Shown one piece after another: positions 1-9,124 of a stretch of DNA of 64,000 bases. The notes beneath the pieces are model-generated. The model saw only the letters and a list, made by a program, of their open reading frames with translations. It was not told the origin of the DNA and did no database searches. The position numbers and the translations under genes were made by a program. Within the stretch, counting starts at the first letter, position 1; every line of letters starts with the position of its first letter. Source of the DNA: Actinomycetota bacterium (lineage in GTDB: Bacteria > Actinomycetota > Actinomycetes > S36-B12); assembly GCA_016870515.1 (NCBI GenBank), contig VGBL01000002.1, positions 133,506-197,505 of the forward strand, given 5' to 3'.

Positions 1-330
1 GTAGCCTAGGAGACGGTCGATTCGAGGTGACGATCTTGACGAGCATCACCGGCCGCGGCCCCAAGCGATCGGTTATCGTCCCGACAACGGGGGTGAGGAC
101 CAGGCCCAGCACGGCCATCCATGACAGGACGAGGGTCGCGGTCAGGATGGGTAGTCCCCGAACCTCCGCGAGGTAGACGACGACGAGCGACATCGCGAGG
201 CCGCTTCCGACCGAATCGGAGGAATCTCCCGACGGCCAGGATGCGGAAGGGGCCGCGCAGGACCAGGCGAGCATCGGCCCACGCGGTGGCGGCCGAACTC
301 AGGCGCAGATCGGCCTCTGCGGGGCTTTCT
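1..330 (-). pseudogene. MFS transporter, 5' portion (gene runs off the left edge), apparent frame break
   Basis: Hand translation of the minus strand. The frame of ORF 6..392 reads ...AWADARLVLRGPFRILAVGRFL. A second frame, open to the window edge, reads SDSVGSGLAMSLVVVYLAEVRGLPILTATLVLSWMAVLGLVLTPVVGTITDRLGPRPVM, which looks like MFS TM1-loop-TM2. The two parts join only across a 1-nt shift near 212-224. No canonical start seen. Confidence 0.4.
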
Positions 331-675
331 ATTGAGCACCCACGCCACCACGGCGGACACCCAGGCGACGACGAGTATCTCGATCCAGCCACCGATATCG
401 CCGAATCCGGTGATGTTGGGCGGATCGTCAGGGCACATGCCCAGGCCGTACTCAGGGATGATCGACAGGGCAGTGATCAGAAGATCGAGGAACACCAGTG
501 CCATGCCATCCCATAAGAGGCCCAACGCTATGTCGCTGGTCATGTGCAGGCGCAGGAGCATAAGGATCCACGCGAGAGTGCCGAGGACCAGGAACTGCGT
601 CCAGCGGTATCCCTTGAGAATGCCGAAGAAGACCACGATCCACAGGACGAACATCGAGTGCATCGCAGATCGCAA
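142..675 (-). CDS. Hypothetical small membrane protein (3' end uncertain)
   Basis: The first ~117 aa are strongly TM-like (MFVLWIVVFFGILKGY, GGWIEILVVAWVSAVVAWVL). The last ~60 aa are Arg/Ser/Pro-rich and overlap the MFS N-terminal frame, so the real stop is probably not at 142. Confidence 0.45.
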   Translation of the reverse strand: MRSAMHSMFVLWIVVFFGILKGYRWTQFLVLGTLAWILMLLRLHMTSDIALGLLWDGMALVFLDLLITALSIIPEYGLGMCPDDPPNITGFGDIGGWIEILVVAWVSAVVAWVLNRKPRRGRSAPEFGRHRVGRCSPGPARPLPHPGRREIPPIRSEAASRCRSSSSTSRRFGDYPS

Positions 676-756
676 GCTACGATCACCAGAGCGTCAGCAA
701 GGACCCTTGGGCGTCCAGGCGCGTCGTCGGGCGCAGCCCTCGTCTAGAGTGAGGCC

Positions 757-2169
757 ATGTCGCGCGTCGATCACCTGTCGTGGCCCGAGGGCGTAGGAAC
801 CGGGGCTGTGCCCCTAGTCGCCGCGACCGACCTTCTGCCCGCCGCGACAACGCGAACCCTGCCCCGCCACGAGGTCCGCGTGCGCACTCGCCTGACGACC
901 TGGCCGCGCGGCGATCTCATCATTGACGCCTGCCCGATCGTCGGACTCGCTGCCGACGGCGCACTTGCCACCTTCGCCTACGGATTGAAAGAGCACGCAC
1001 TCATCGCCCCGGTCAAGGACGGCCGACTCGCTGTCGCTATCTCAGACGACTCGCAGGCGTGGGACGACGGGCACTTCCTCCAGCTGGTCGCCGTCGCCTC
1101 TAGCGAAAGCAGTGTCGACCGCAGCGACTTCAAAGTGGGCCTGCTCGGCTATGGCGCCATCGGCGCCGAGCACGCGCGGGCGATCCTCTCAACTGCTGGC
1201 CTCGCACTCGCTGCCGTATGCGACCCGAAGCCTGAGCGCATCGCTGCCGCCCGCGAAATCGCACCGGATGTGCGTGCCCACCACACGGCCGATGAACTCC
1301 TCAACGATCCGTCGGTGGATATAGTCATTATCTCGACCCCACCCGATAGCCACGCCCACTGGGCGCTTCGCACACTCGAGCAGGGGCGTCACGTGATCGT
1401 CGAAAAGCCCATGGCCCTGACGACGCGCGAATGCGACGATATCCTGACTACCGCTGCCGACCGCAATCTGCTCGCAGCTGTCTACCAGAACCGCCGGTTC
1501 GATCCGGACTTTCGACTCATCGCCGAGTCCGTGCGCGCAGGGCAGATCGGCGAGGCCTTCCACCTCGAGGCGTTCGTGGGTGGCTACGGCCACCCCTGCA
1601 ACTACTGGCATTCCGACGCACAGGTGTCCGGCGGAGCGCTCTTCGACTGGGGCTCGCACGTCATCGACCAGGTCCTTGCCCTCTTCGATGGTGAGGTCGA
1701 GGGTGTCACAGCACTCAATCACAAGCGCGTGTGGCACGACACCACCAATGCGGATCACGCGCGCATGACCCTGCATTTCGACGGTGGACGGGAGGCGACA
1801 TTCATCTACTCCGACCTGGCAGCCGCGCTCAAGCCGCGGTGGTATGTGCTCGGCACGCACGGAGCCATAACCGGCGATTGGCGCCAGGAGTCGGTCATCA
1901 CCCGGAGCGCAATCGGAACTCTCGACGAAGACATCCTGGCCGCGGCTGATTCTCCCCCCATCATCCGTCGCCACTCCCCCGACGGCGATGTCACGACACT
2001 CGTCGCCCGCCCAGCCGAACCGCACCCGTTCCACGCCGACATGGCCCTGCGACTGCGCTATGGCTTCGCACCACGCGTGCGCGGTATCGAGTCCCGACGT
2101 GTCGTCGCGATGCTCGAGGCGGCCGAGGAATCAGCCCGGCTGGGTGGCCTTCCGGTGAAGCCAGCATGA
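757..2169 (+). CDS. Gfo/Idh/MocA family oxidoreductase with ~125-aa N-terminal extension
   Basis: Rossmann start KVGLLGYGAIGAEHA, then VIVEKPMALT and AVYQNRRFD motifs. The N-terminal 125 aa carry no motif I recognise. The stop overlaps the next start (ATGA at 2166-2169). Confidence 0.85.
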   Translation: MSRVDHLSWPEGVGTGAVPLVAATDLLPAATTRTLPRHEVRVRTRLTTWPRGDLIIDACPIVGLAADGALATFAYGLKEHALIAPVKDGRLAVAISDDSQAWDDGHFLQLVAVASSESSVDRSDFKVGLLGYGAIGAEHARAILSTAGLALAAVCDPKPERIAAAREIAPDVRAHHTADELLNDPSVDIVIISTPPDSHAHWALRTLEQGRHVIVEKPMALTTRECDDILTTAADRNLLAAVYQNRRFDPDFRLIAESVRAGQIGEAFHLEAFVGGYGHPCNYWHSDAQVSGGALFDWGSHVIDQVLALFDGEVEGVTALNHKRVWHDTTNADHARMTLHFDGGREATFIYSDLAAALKPRWYVLGTHGAITGDWRQESVITRSAIGTLDEDILAAADSPPIIRRHSPDGDVTTLVARPAEPHPFHADMALRLRYGFAPRVRGIESRRVVAMLEAAEESARLGGLPVKPA

Positions 2170-3134
2170 TGCGGGTGCGATGGGGCCTGCTCGGGGCTGG
2201 CTGGATCGCCCGTCGGGCGATCGCGCCAGCCATCCACTCCGCCGATTTGTCGCAACTCACCGCGGTCGCCGCGCGAGACGTGGCCCGTGCCCAGGCGCTC
2301 ACGCCTGCGGGGCACGCCTATGACGACTACGCGGCCGTCATCGACGATCCGGGCGTCGATGCCGTCTACATCGCGCTCTGTAACGACGGACACCTGCCCT
2401 GGGCGATCGCCGCCCTGGAGGCTGGAAAGGCAGTGCTGTGCGAGAAGCCGCTCGGCTGCACGGCGGACGAGGCCCGGCAGATGAGAGACGCGGCCGCTCG
2501 CACCGGCGGCCTGCTGGTGGAGGCCACGTGGAATCTCTGGCACCCGCGGACCGTACGTGCCGCGGCGCTGCTCGCCTCCGATGCCATCGGCCCGCTTCGC
2601 TCGTACTCAGCCGCCTTTGTCTTCGACGGTGTTGCCGACGGCAACTACCGGCTCGACCCGACCCGGGGCGGAGGCGCGCTGCTCGACGTGGGCTGCTACC
2701 CGCTGACCGGCGCCGCATGGGCCACCGGTGGCCCCTTCGGGTCCGTGAACGACGTCGAAGTGGTGTGGTCTGACAGCGGGGTGGACCTGACGGCAGGAGC
2801 CCGGCTGAGCATGGGCGGCGTATCCGTCAACGTGCGTGGCTCTTTCCGAGAGCCACACCATGAGGCGCTGGTCCTCCAAGGCGACCACGGCCAGATCGAG
2901 ATGACCGGCAATGATGCTTTCGTCTCGTGGCTCCAGCCCAGCAGCCTGCGCGTCCTCGATCGCGACGGCGAGCGGGTCGAGCACTTCGCCCCCGTCGACC
3001 CCTACCGACTGATGGTCGAAAACGTCAGCCGGGCTGTGCTCGGACAGGACTGCTGGCTGCCAGATCCGCAGTGGTCCATCGTCGTCGCCGAGGCCATGGA
3101 CGCGATCCTCGCCGTCGGGGCCGCACGCCGGTGA
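2166..3134 (+). CDS. Gfo/Idh/MocA family oxidoreductase
   Basis: MRVRWGLLGAGWIARRAI Rossmann motif, VLCEKPLG motif, 322 aa. Translationally coupled on both sides. Confidence 0.85.
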   Translation: MMRVRWGLLGAGWIARRAIAPAIHSADLSQLTAVAARDVARAQALTPAGHAYDDYAAVIDDPGVDAVYIALCNDGHLPWAIAALEAGKAVLCEKPLGCTADEARQMRDAAARTGGLLVEATWNLWHPRTVRAAALLASDAIGPLRSYSAAFVFDGVADGNYRLDPTRGGGALLDVGCYPLTGAAWATGGPFGSVNDVEVVWSDSGVDLTAGARLSMGGVSVNVRGSFREPHHEALVLQGDHGQIEMTGNDAFVSWLQPSSLRVLDRDGERVEHFAPVDPYRLMVENVSRAVLGQDCWLPDPQWSIVVAEAMDAILAVGAARR

Positions 3135-3934
3135 ACGCCGCCCCCGTTATCTACGCCGTCGACGACGGCGTCGCCCTCATCACACTTAATCGCCCCGACC
3201 GGCTCAATGCCATCACTGCCGAGATGGCGCACGCCTACGCGTCTGCAATGCACGACGCCAATGAAGACCGGGCGGTGCGGGCCATCGTCGTCACCGGTGC
3301 CGGCCGCGGATTCTGCTCCGGTGCCGACCTGTCGGTCTTGGCCCAGGGGCCCGATGCCCTGGACTCCTTCACCGCCGACCAGCCTTTCGACAGCCTGCCC
3401 ACCTGCGCGCTCGCCACGGTCAAGCCGGTGGTCATGGCGGTCAATGGGGCGGCCGCGGGGCTGGGATTCGTCTTGGCGCTCAGCGGAGACGTGTGCTTTG
3501 CCTCGCCGCAGGCTCGCTTCATCTCGGCGTTCTCTCGGCTCGGGCTCGTCGCGGAGTACGCGGTCGGCTGGCTGCTGCCTCGACAGATCGGACGTCAGCG
3601 CGCGGCCGAAATCCTCATGAGCGGCCGTTGCGTCGACGCGCAGGAGGCCCACCGGATCGGGATGGTCCATGCGATCGATGACGACGTCGTGGGGGCCGCC
3701 ATGATGTGGGCTATCGACGTAGCAACCCACTGCTCCCCGGCGTCACTGGCCACCATGAAGCGTCAGCTCGACGAATCGTCGATGCAAACACTGGCCGACA
3801 GCATGGCCGACAGTCTTCGTCTGATGTCCGCGTCCTTCCGGCAGCCCGACCTTGCCGAAGCCCTTATCGCGAAGGCCGAGGGCAGGCCGCCCAACTTCGC
3901 CCAGCCCCTAGTCGAGCACCCCTGCGTGCGCTAG
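3131..3934 (+). CDS. Enoyl-CoA hydratase/isomerase (crotonase) family protein
   Basis: GTG at 3131 overlaps the upstream stop (GTGA). ITLNRPDRLNA and VVTGAGRGFCSGADL crotonase signatures. The part of ORF 2927..3934 upstream of 3131 is an out-of-gene extension. Confidence 0.85.
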   Translation: MNAAPVIYAVDDGVALITLNRPDRLNAITAEMAHAYASAMHDANEDRAVRAIVVTGAGRGFCSGADLSVLAQGPDALDSFTADQPFDSLPTCALATVKPVVMAVNGAAAGLGFVLALSGDVCFASPQARFISAFSRLGLVAEYAVGWLLPRQIGRQRAAEILMSGRCVDAQEAHRIGMVHAIDDDVVGAAMMWAIDVATHCSPASLATMKRQLDESSMQTLADSMADSLRLMSASFRQPDLAEALIAKAEGRPPNFAQPLVEHPCVR

Positions 3935-4444
3935 GGCGAGCCGCACGATGCGTCCCTGGCCGTTGGTCATTTCCGCCTGGAAGCTAGCGGAAGCAGCCTC
4001 GTGCGGATCGACCCAGGTGAGGTCTAGCGCATCCTGGCTTGGCACGCAGTCGCCGTCGCAGGGAACGACGTAGCACAGCGCGACAGCGTGCTGCCGCGGG
4101 TCGTGGTAGCCCGTCACCGCAGGGTCCGGGAAGTACTCGGCGACGGTGAAGGGAGCGGGCGAGACCGGCAGGCGCGGCAGTGCAACCGGGCCGAGATCCT
4201 TCTCGATATGCCGCAACAGCGCATCACGAAGCAATTCGCCGTAGAGGACGCGGCCAGAGACGAGGGCGCGACCGATGGACCCGTCGGGCATGGCACGAAG
4301 GAGTAGGCCGACACGAGCCACGCGTCCCCACGCATCCGTTCGCACCGGCACCGCTTCGACATACACGATGGGCAGTCGCTCGCGAGCCTGCTCAAGTTCA
4401 TCCTGGCTGAGCCAGGAGCTCCGGAGATCGAGCATATCGCTCAC
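3908..4444 (-). CDS. NUDIX-like DUF4916 family protein
   Basis: 178 aa. IVYVEAVPVR...VGLLLR...GRVLYGE pattern as remembered for the actinobacterial DUF4916/NUDIX-fold family. No full NUDIX box visible. Confidence 0.55.
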   Translation of the reverse strand: MSDMLDLRSSWLSQDELEQARERLPIVYVEAVPVRTDAWGRVARVGLLLRAMPDGSIGRALVSGRVLYGELLRDALLRHIEKDLGPVALPRLPVSPAPFTVAEYFPDPAVTGYHDPRQHAVALCYVVPCDGDCVPSQDALDLTWVDPHEAASASFQAEMTNGQGRIVRLALAHAGVLD

Positions 4445-4493
4445 AGCACCTCCCTCGACGTGCCATCCCTGACGGGGCGGCTAATCTCGACGC

Positions 4494-4940
4494 ATGCCGA
4501 CTGTAGATGCCCAGCAGCCCGACGGCTCGCCGTTTCCGGTGACACGCTCGGAGGACGAGTGGCGTGCCATGCTTGACTCGCAGGAGTACCGAGTGCTGCG
4601 TGAAGCCGGTACCGAGCCTGCCTGGTCGGGTGAGTTCGTCGACTCCAAAGCCTCCGGGGTCTACTCGTGCCGGGCCTGCGGCACCGAGCTCTTTACGTCC
4701 GACGCCAAGTTCGACTCCCACTGCGGCTGGCCGTCGTTCTTCACGCCCCTTGCCGGTGATCGGGTCGTCGAGATCGACGACCGCACCCATGGCATGGTCC
4801 GCACGGAGGTTCGATGCGGGGCCTGCGGCAGCCACCTCGGGCACGTCTTCTCCGGCGAGGGCTACGGCACCCCCACGGACCTTCGCTACTGCATCAACAG
4901 CGTGTGCCTCACGATGGAGCCCGGCTCAGACGGCCCCTGA
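4494..4940 (+). CDS. msrB: Peptide-methionine (R)-S-oxide reductase
   Basis: Two CxxC pairs (CRACGTELF, CGACGSHLGHVF), GWPSF and RYCINS SelR signatures, 148 aa. Confidence 0.95.
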   Translation: MPTVDAQQPDGSPFPVTRSEDEWRAMLDSQEYRVLREAGTEPAWSGEFVDSKASGVYSCRACGTELFTSDAKFDSHCGWPSFFTPLAGDRVVEIDDRTHGMVRTEVRCGACGSHLGHVFSGEGYGTPTDLRYCINSVCLTMEPGSDGP

Positions 4941-4992
4941 GATCGGCGTGTGCAGACGGGGCTGGCCCGCACGGTCGTCGTACCCTGCTTGG

Positions 4993-5556
4993 GTGAGCAC
5001 CTCGGCCCCCTTCGATACCGCCCTGGAGAGCCTGCGGCAGGTGCGCTATCGGCCGGAACTCGCCATCGAGGAGGCCCCGGCGCCCCAGCGCCTGGCACCC
5101 CAGGCCGTCGCCATTACCGCGGAGTTCGTGGAGGACGACGAGGAACTCGCTAGCGGCCGTCTGGTTCTCCTGCACGACCCCGACGGCGTCGATGCGTGGC
5201 AGGGGACCTTCCGGGCGGTGACGTTCGTCAAGGCGGTCCTCGAGCCTGACCTCGCGGCGGACCCCCTGCTCACGGGAGTGGCCTGGACGTGGCTGGAAGA
5301 GGCACTCCAGGGAGCAGGACCGCGCACCTCGCTCGGCGGCACCGTCACCCGGGTGATGAGCGAGTCCTTCGGGACGATCGGCGACCGCGACGTATCCGGC
5401 CAGGTCGAGATCCGAGCGTCGTGGACCCCCTTGTGCGACCCCGCCAACATGGGTGCCGAAGCCGAGGCGTGGGCCGCATTGCTCGGCCAGGCCGCCGGGC
5501 TCCTCCCCCTGCCCCAGGGGGTCGCGCTGCTGTCGCCCGCGCACCGGGCCCGATGA
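4993..5556 (+). CDS. DUF3000 domain-containing protein
   Basis: In-frame GTG at 4993 of ORF 4564..5556; the upstream part overlaps msrB out of frame. YRPELAIEEAPAPQRLAP...LLHDPDG..WQGTFR pattern and the conserved position upstream of RNase D. Confidence 0.7.
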   Translation: MSTSAPFDTALESLRQVRYRPELAIEEAPAPQRLAPQAVAITAEFVEDDEELASGRLVLLHDPDGVDAWQGTFRAVTFVKAVLEPDLAADPLLTGVAWTWLEEALQGAGPRTSLGGTVTRVMSESFGTIGDRDVSGQVEIRASWTPLCDPANMGAEAEAWAALLGQAAGLLPLPQGVALLSPAHRAR

Positions 5557-6800
5557 CCCAACCGCCCGACGCGTCCGAGTCACCTGCGCTGCCCCCCGTG
5601 GAGCTCCGCGACGGCGTGCCACCGCTGACCCACACTCCAGAAGGCCTAGCCGAGGCCGTGCGAGCACTCGGCTCTGGTCGCGGTCCTGTGGCCGTCGACG
5701 CCGAGCGTGCCTCGGGCTTTCGCTACGGCCAACGCGCCTACCTCGTGCAGTTCCATCGGCACGGCTCAGGTACCTGGCTGATCGATCCCATCGCGCTACG
5801 AGACCTCACTGCTTTGCAGGCGTCGATCGCCAACGAGGAATGGGTCCTGCACGCCGCATCACAGGACCTCCCTTGCCTTCGCGAGATCGGACTCCAGCCT
5901 TCTCGCATCTTCGATACCGAACTCGCCGCGCGCCTGCTGGGCCGCGATCGCGTGGGTCTCGGCCCACTCGTCGAGGCCGAACTCGGGATGCACCTGGCCA
6001 AAGGCCATGGAGCTGCCGACTGGTCGACGCGTCCCCTTCCCGATAGCTGGCTGCGCTACGCCGCGCTCGACGTCGAGGTACTCCTTGAGCTCCGCGACCT
6101 GCTGGCGGCGGACCTCTTGGCGACGGGTAAGGAGGCGTGGGCAGCCGAGGAATTCACGTCGGTTCTCGGTGCACCACCCGCGCCGCCGCGCACCGATCCT
6201 TGGCGCCGTACCTCCGGCATGCACAAGGTGCGCGGGCGCCGTGCACTCGCGATCGTGCGTTCGCTCTGGGAGGCACGCGACGTCATCGCCCGCGAGCGCG
6301 ACATCAGCCCCGGGCGCATCCTGCCTGACGCCGCCATCGTCGCGGCCGCCAGTGCGGCACCCACCGGAAGTGAGGTCCTCCTGGCGCTGCCGGAGTTCGC
6401 CAAGCCGGGCGCGAAGCGCTACGCACGCCGTTGGTGTGCGGCACTGACAGATGCGTTGGCCGTACTCGATGCCGACCTGCCTCCGCAGACTCTGCCGGGC
6501 GAGGGTCCGCCACCGCCGCGGCTCTGGGCCGATCGTGACCGCGATGCAGCGGCCCGTCTTGCAGCCGCTCGAGCAGGCCTCACGGAGCTGTCCGAGCAGG
6601 TCTCCGTGCCCGTGGAGAACTTGGTCAGCCCAGAGTCCGTCCGCCGACTCGCGTGGCGCCCACCGATACCCGTCGACGCCTCAGCGGTGGACGGCGCTCT
6701 AGCCGGCATGGGAGCTCGTGCGTGGCAACGCACCCTCGTTGCTGAGCCTCTCGCCCGTGCGTTCGCGGCGACCGCCGAGCCCGCGGACGATCCTGCCTAG
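5553..6800 (+). CDS. rnd: Ribonuclease D-like 3'-5' exonuclease with HRDC region
   Basis: ATG 5553 overlaps the DUF3000 stop (ATGA). DEDD exonuclease motifs [16 protein letters not shown] and [10 protein letters not shown]-terminal HRDC-like segment. Confidence 0.85.
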   Translation: MTQPPDASESPALPPVELRDGVPPLTHTPEGLAEAVRALGSGRGPVAVDAERASGFRYGQRAYLVQFHRHGSGTWLIDPIALRDLTALQASIANEEWVLHAASQDLPCLREIGLQPSRIFDTELAARLLGRDRVGLGPLVEAELGMHLAKGHGAADWSTRPLPDSWLRYAALDVEVLLELRDLLAADLLATGKEAWAAEEFTSVLGAPPAPPRTDPWRRTSGMHKVRGRRALAIVRSLWEARDVIARERDISPGRILPDAAIVAAASAAPTGSEVLLALPEFAKPGAKRYARRWCAALTDALAVLDADLPPQTLPGEGPPPPRLWADRDRDAAARLAAARAGLTELSEQVSVPVENLVSPESVRRLAWRPPIPVDASAVDGALAGMGARAWQRTLVAEPLARAFAATAEPADDPA

Positions 6801-8734
6801 CCCTCCTGCGGAATGCTCTCCGAATCCTCCGGCAGCAGCGCCGCCACCGCCTCGACCACCTGGCGCGAGATGTCCTGCGCGGTGAGGCCCATCGCGGCGT
6901 GCAGTCGAGCGCGCGGCGCCTGATCGGGGAACGCCGGAGGAATGCCGAAGTCACGCACGGGTACGCCAATCCCCCGGTCGGCCAGCATCTGGCGCACGGC
7001 CGACCCGAAGCCACCAACCCGCAGGTTGTCCTCGACCGTGACCACCAGGCTCACGTCACTGGCCAAGCGCGCGAGGGCCGGATTGACCGGGAGGACCCAT
7101 CGTGGATCGACGACGGAGACCGGCACGCCCTGGTCTGCGAGGCGATCAGCGACGTCGAGGGCAAGACCGGCGAACGCGCCGACGCTCACGATGAGGACAT
7201 CCGAGTCGGCGTCGGCGCGCAGGACGTCGAGGCCGTCGACACGTTCGACGGCGGGAATCTCACTCCCAAGTGCCCCCTTGGGGAACCGCACGACGGTGGG
7301 CCCGTCGTCAATCCCAACGGCGTCGCGCAACTCCTCGCGAAGGGTTGCCCCGTCACGTGGTGCGGCGAGCCGGAGGCCCGGAACGATGCCGAGCATCGTG
7401 ATGTCCCACATGCCGTTGTGACTCGGTCCGTCGTCGCCGGTGACACCCGCGCGGTCGAGCACGAAGGTAACGCCCGCCCGGTGCAGCGCACAGTCCAGGA
7501 GCACCTGGTCGAACGCACGATTAAGGAACGTCGCGTAGACAGCTACGACCGGATGCATGCCGGCATATGCGAGCCCCGCCGCACTGGTGGCAGCGTGCTG
7601 CTCGGCGATTCCGACATCGAAGGTGCGCTCCGGGAACGCGCGGGCAAAGCGATTGAGGCCCGTTGGCCCTGGCATGGCGGCGGTGATGGCGACGAGCCTG
7701 GGGTTCTCGTGCCCAAGAGCGACTAACTCGTCACCGAACGCACCTGTCCAGGTCGGCCCGCCGCCGGCCAGCGGCTTGCCCGTGTCTGGGTCGATGATGC
7801 CGACTCCGTGGAAGCGATCCGCCTCGTCGAGTTCGGCCGGCGCGTAGCCGCGCCCCTTTTCGGTGATGACGTGGACAATCACGGGGGCGCCGAAGTCGCG
7901 CGCTCGCAAGAGTGCATGCTCGACAACGGCGATGTCGTGGCCGTCGACCGGCCCGATGTACTTGAGTCCGAGATCCTCGAACATCCCCTGCGGGGCAACG
8001 ATGTCCTTCAGGCCCTTCTTCATCCCGTGCAGAGCCTCGTAGACCGGGGCACCCACGACCGGGGTGCGCTGGAGGGTGCGTCGACCCCACTCCAGGAAGC
8101 GCTCGTAGCCCTGCGTCGTGCGTAGCGTGGCGAGGTGGTGAGCCAGACCTCCGATAGTCGGCGAATAGGAGCGCTCGTTGTCGTTGACCACGATCACCAT
8201 CGGCCGATCAGAGGCAGCGATGTTGTTGAGCGCCTCCCATGCCATGCCGCCGGTGAGACTCCCGTCGCCGACAACGGCGACAACGTGACGCCCCTGACCG
8301 TCAGCACCGGCGAGACGCCCCTGCAGGGACCATGCCTTGGCGATGCCGTCGGCGTAGGAGAGGGCGGTGGAGGCATGCGAGTTCTCGATGACGTCGTGGA
8401 CACTCTCGGCTCGACTGGGGTAGCCGGACATGCCGCCTTCTTGTCGGAGCAAGACAAAATCATCGCGGCGGCCCGTGACAATCTTGTGCACGTAGGCCTG
8501 ATGACCGGTGTCCCAAAGGATGACGTCGGTCGGTGAATCGAAGACGCGGTGAAGCGCGATGGTGAGTTCAACGACGCCGAGATTGGGCCCGAGGTGGCCC
8601 CCGGTGCGGGAGACGCGATCGACGAGGAAGGCGCGAATCTCCTCGGCCAGGGCCGGCAGATGATCCGAGGGGATGCGCCGTAGGTCAGCTGGGGAGTCGA
8701 TGGCCGCCAGGAGCCCCTCCGGTCGCGTCGACAC
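6797..8734 (-). CDS. dxs: 1-deoxy-D-xylulose-5-phosphate synthase
   Basis: 645 aa. [31 protein letters not shown] (ThDP motif), transketolase-like C-terminal domains. Confidence 0.97.
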   Translation of the reverse strand: MSTRPEGLLAAIDSPADLRRIPSDHLPALAEEIRAFLVDRVSRTGGHLGPNLGVVELTIALHRVFDSPTDVILWDTGHQAYVHKIVTGRRDDFVLLRQEGGMSGYPSRAESVHDVIENSHASTALSYADGIAKAWSLQGRLAGADGQGRHVVAVVGDGSLTGGMAWEALNNIAASDRPMVIVVNDNERSYSPTIGGLAHHLATLRTTQGYERFLEWGRRTLQRTPVVGAPVYEALHGMKKGLKDIVAPQGMFEDLGLKYIGPVDGHDIAVVEHALLRARDFGAPVIVHVITEKGRGYAPAELDEADRFHGVGIIDPDTGKPLAGGGPTWTGAFGDELVALGHENPRLVAITAAMPGPTGLNRFARAFPERTFDVGIAEQHAATSAAGLAYAGMHPVVAVYATFLNRAFDQVLLDCALHRAGVTFVLDRAGVTGDDGPSHNGMWDITMLGIVPGLRLAAPRDGATLREELRDAVGIDDGPTVVRFPKGALGSEIPAVERVDGLDVLRADADSDVLIVSVGAFAGLALDVADRLADQGVPVSVVDPRWVLPVNPALARLASDVSLVVTVEDNLRVGGFGSAVRQMLADRGIGVPVRDFGIPPAFPDQAPRARLHAAMGLTAQDISRQVVEAVAALLPEDSESIPQEG

Positions 8735-8763
8735 GAGCGAAGTCTAGGCGCGAACGCGCGATC

Positions 8764-9123
8764 TCACAGCCGGGGACGCCACCGACGCCCGCGCAGCGCC
8801 TCCTCGACGAGGCCGACCTCCCGCTCCAGGGCGAGGAGCCGCGCCCCCTCGGCTTCCAGCGCCGCGAGGAAGGCGGCGAGGTCGGCGGGGGCTACCGAGT
8901 CGGCCAGCTCGGCCCGTGCTGAGGCATAGGCCGTGCGGGCGCCCTCGATCCGCGCGCGCACGTCGGCACGTGCCCGAAAGGCAAGCAGGACTGGCTGCTC
9001 GCGCAGCGCAGGGGTCAGGCGCCAATCGCCAGGACCGGCGTCCAGGAGCCACCCGACGGCGCGCTCGGCAAATTCCGGATCGTCCGGGTCCGGCACTTGC
9101 GCCGGCCAGCCTGCCGGCCGCAC
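8764..9123 (-). CDS. Hypothetical protein (119 aa)
   Basis: In-frame GTG at 9123, 1 nt after the acn stop. The upstream part of ORF 8764..9300 lies inside acn. Ala/Arg/Leu-rich helical sequence with no recognised domain. Confidence 0.45.
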   Translation of the reverse strand: MRPAGWPAQVPDPDDPEFAERAVGWLLDAGPGDWRLTPALREQPVLLAFRARADVRARIEGARTAYASARAELADSVAPADLAAFLAALEAEGARLLALEREVGLVEEALRGRRWRPRL

Positions 9124-9124
9124 G

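Noticed and set aside
4564-4992. N-terminal 143 codons of ORF 4564..5556, and likewise 5289..5552, 2927..3130, 22337..22630 and 43589..43885
   Set aside because: These extensions overlap the preceding, well-supported genes in another frame and are Pro/Arg/Ser-rich. In each case family similarity begins at an internal start that overlaps or closely follows the upstream stop.
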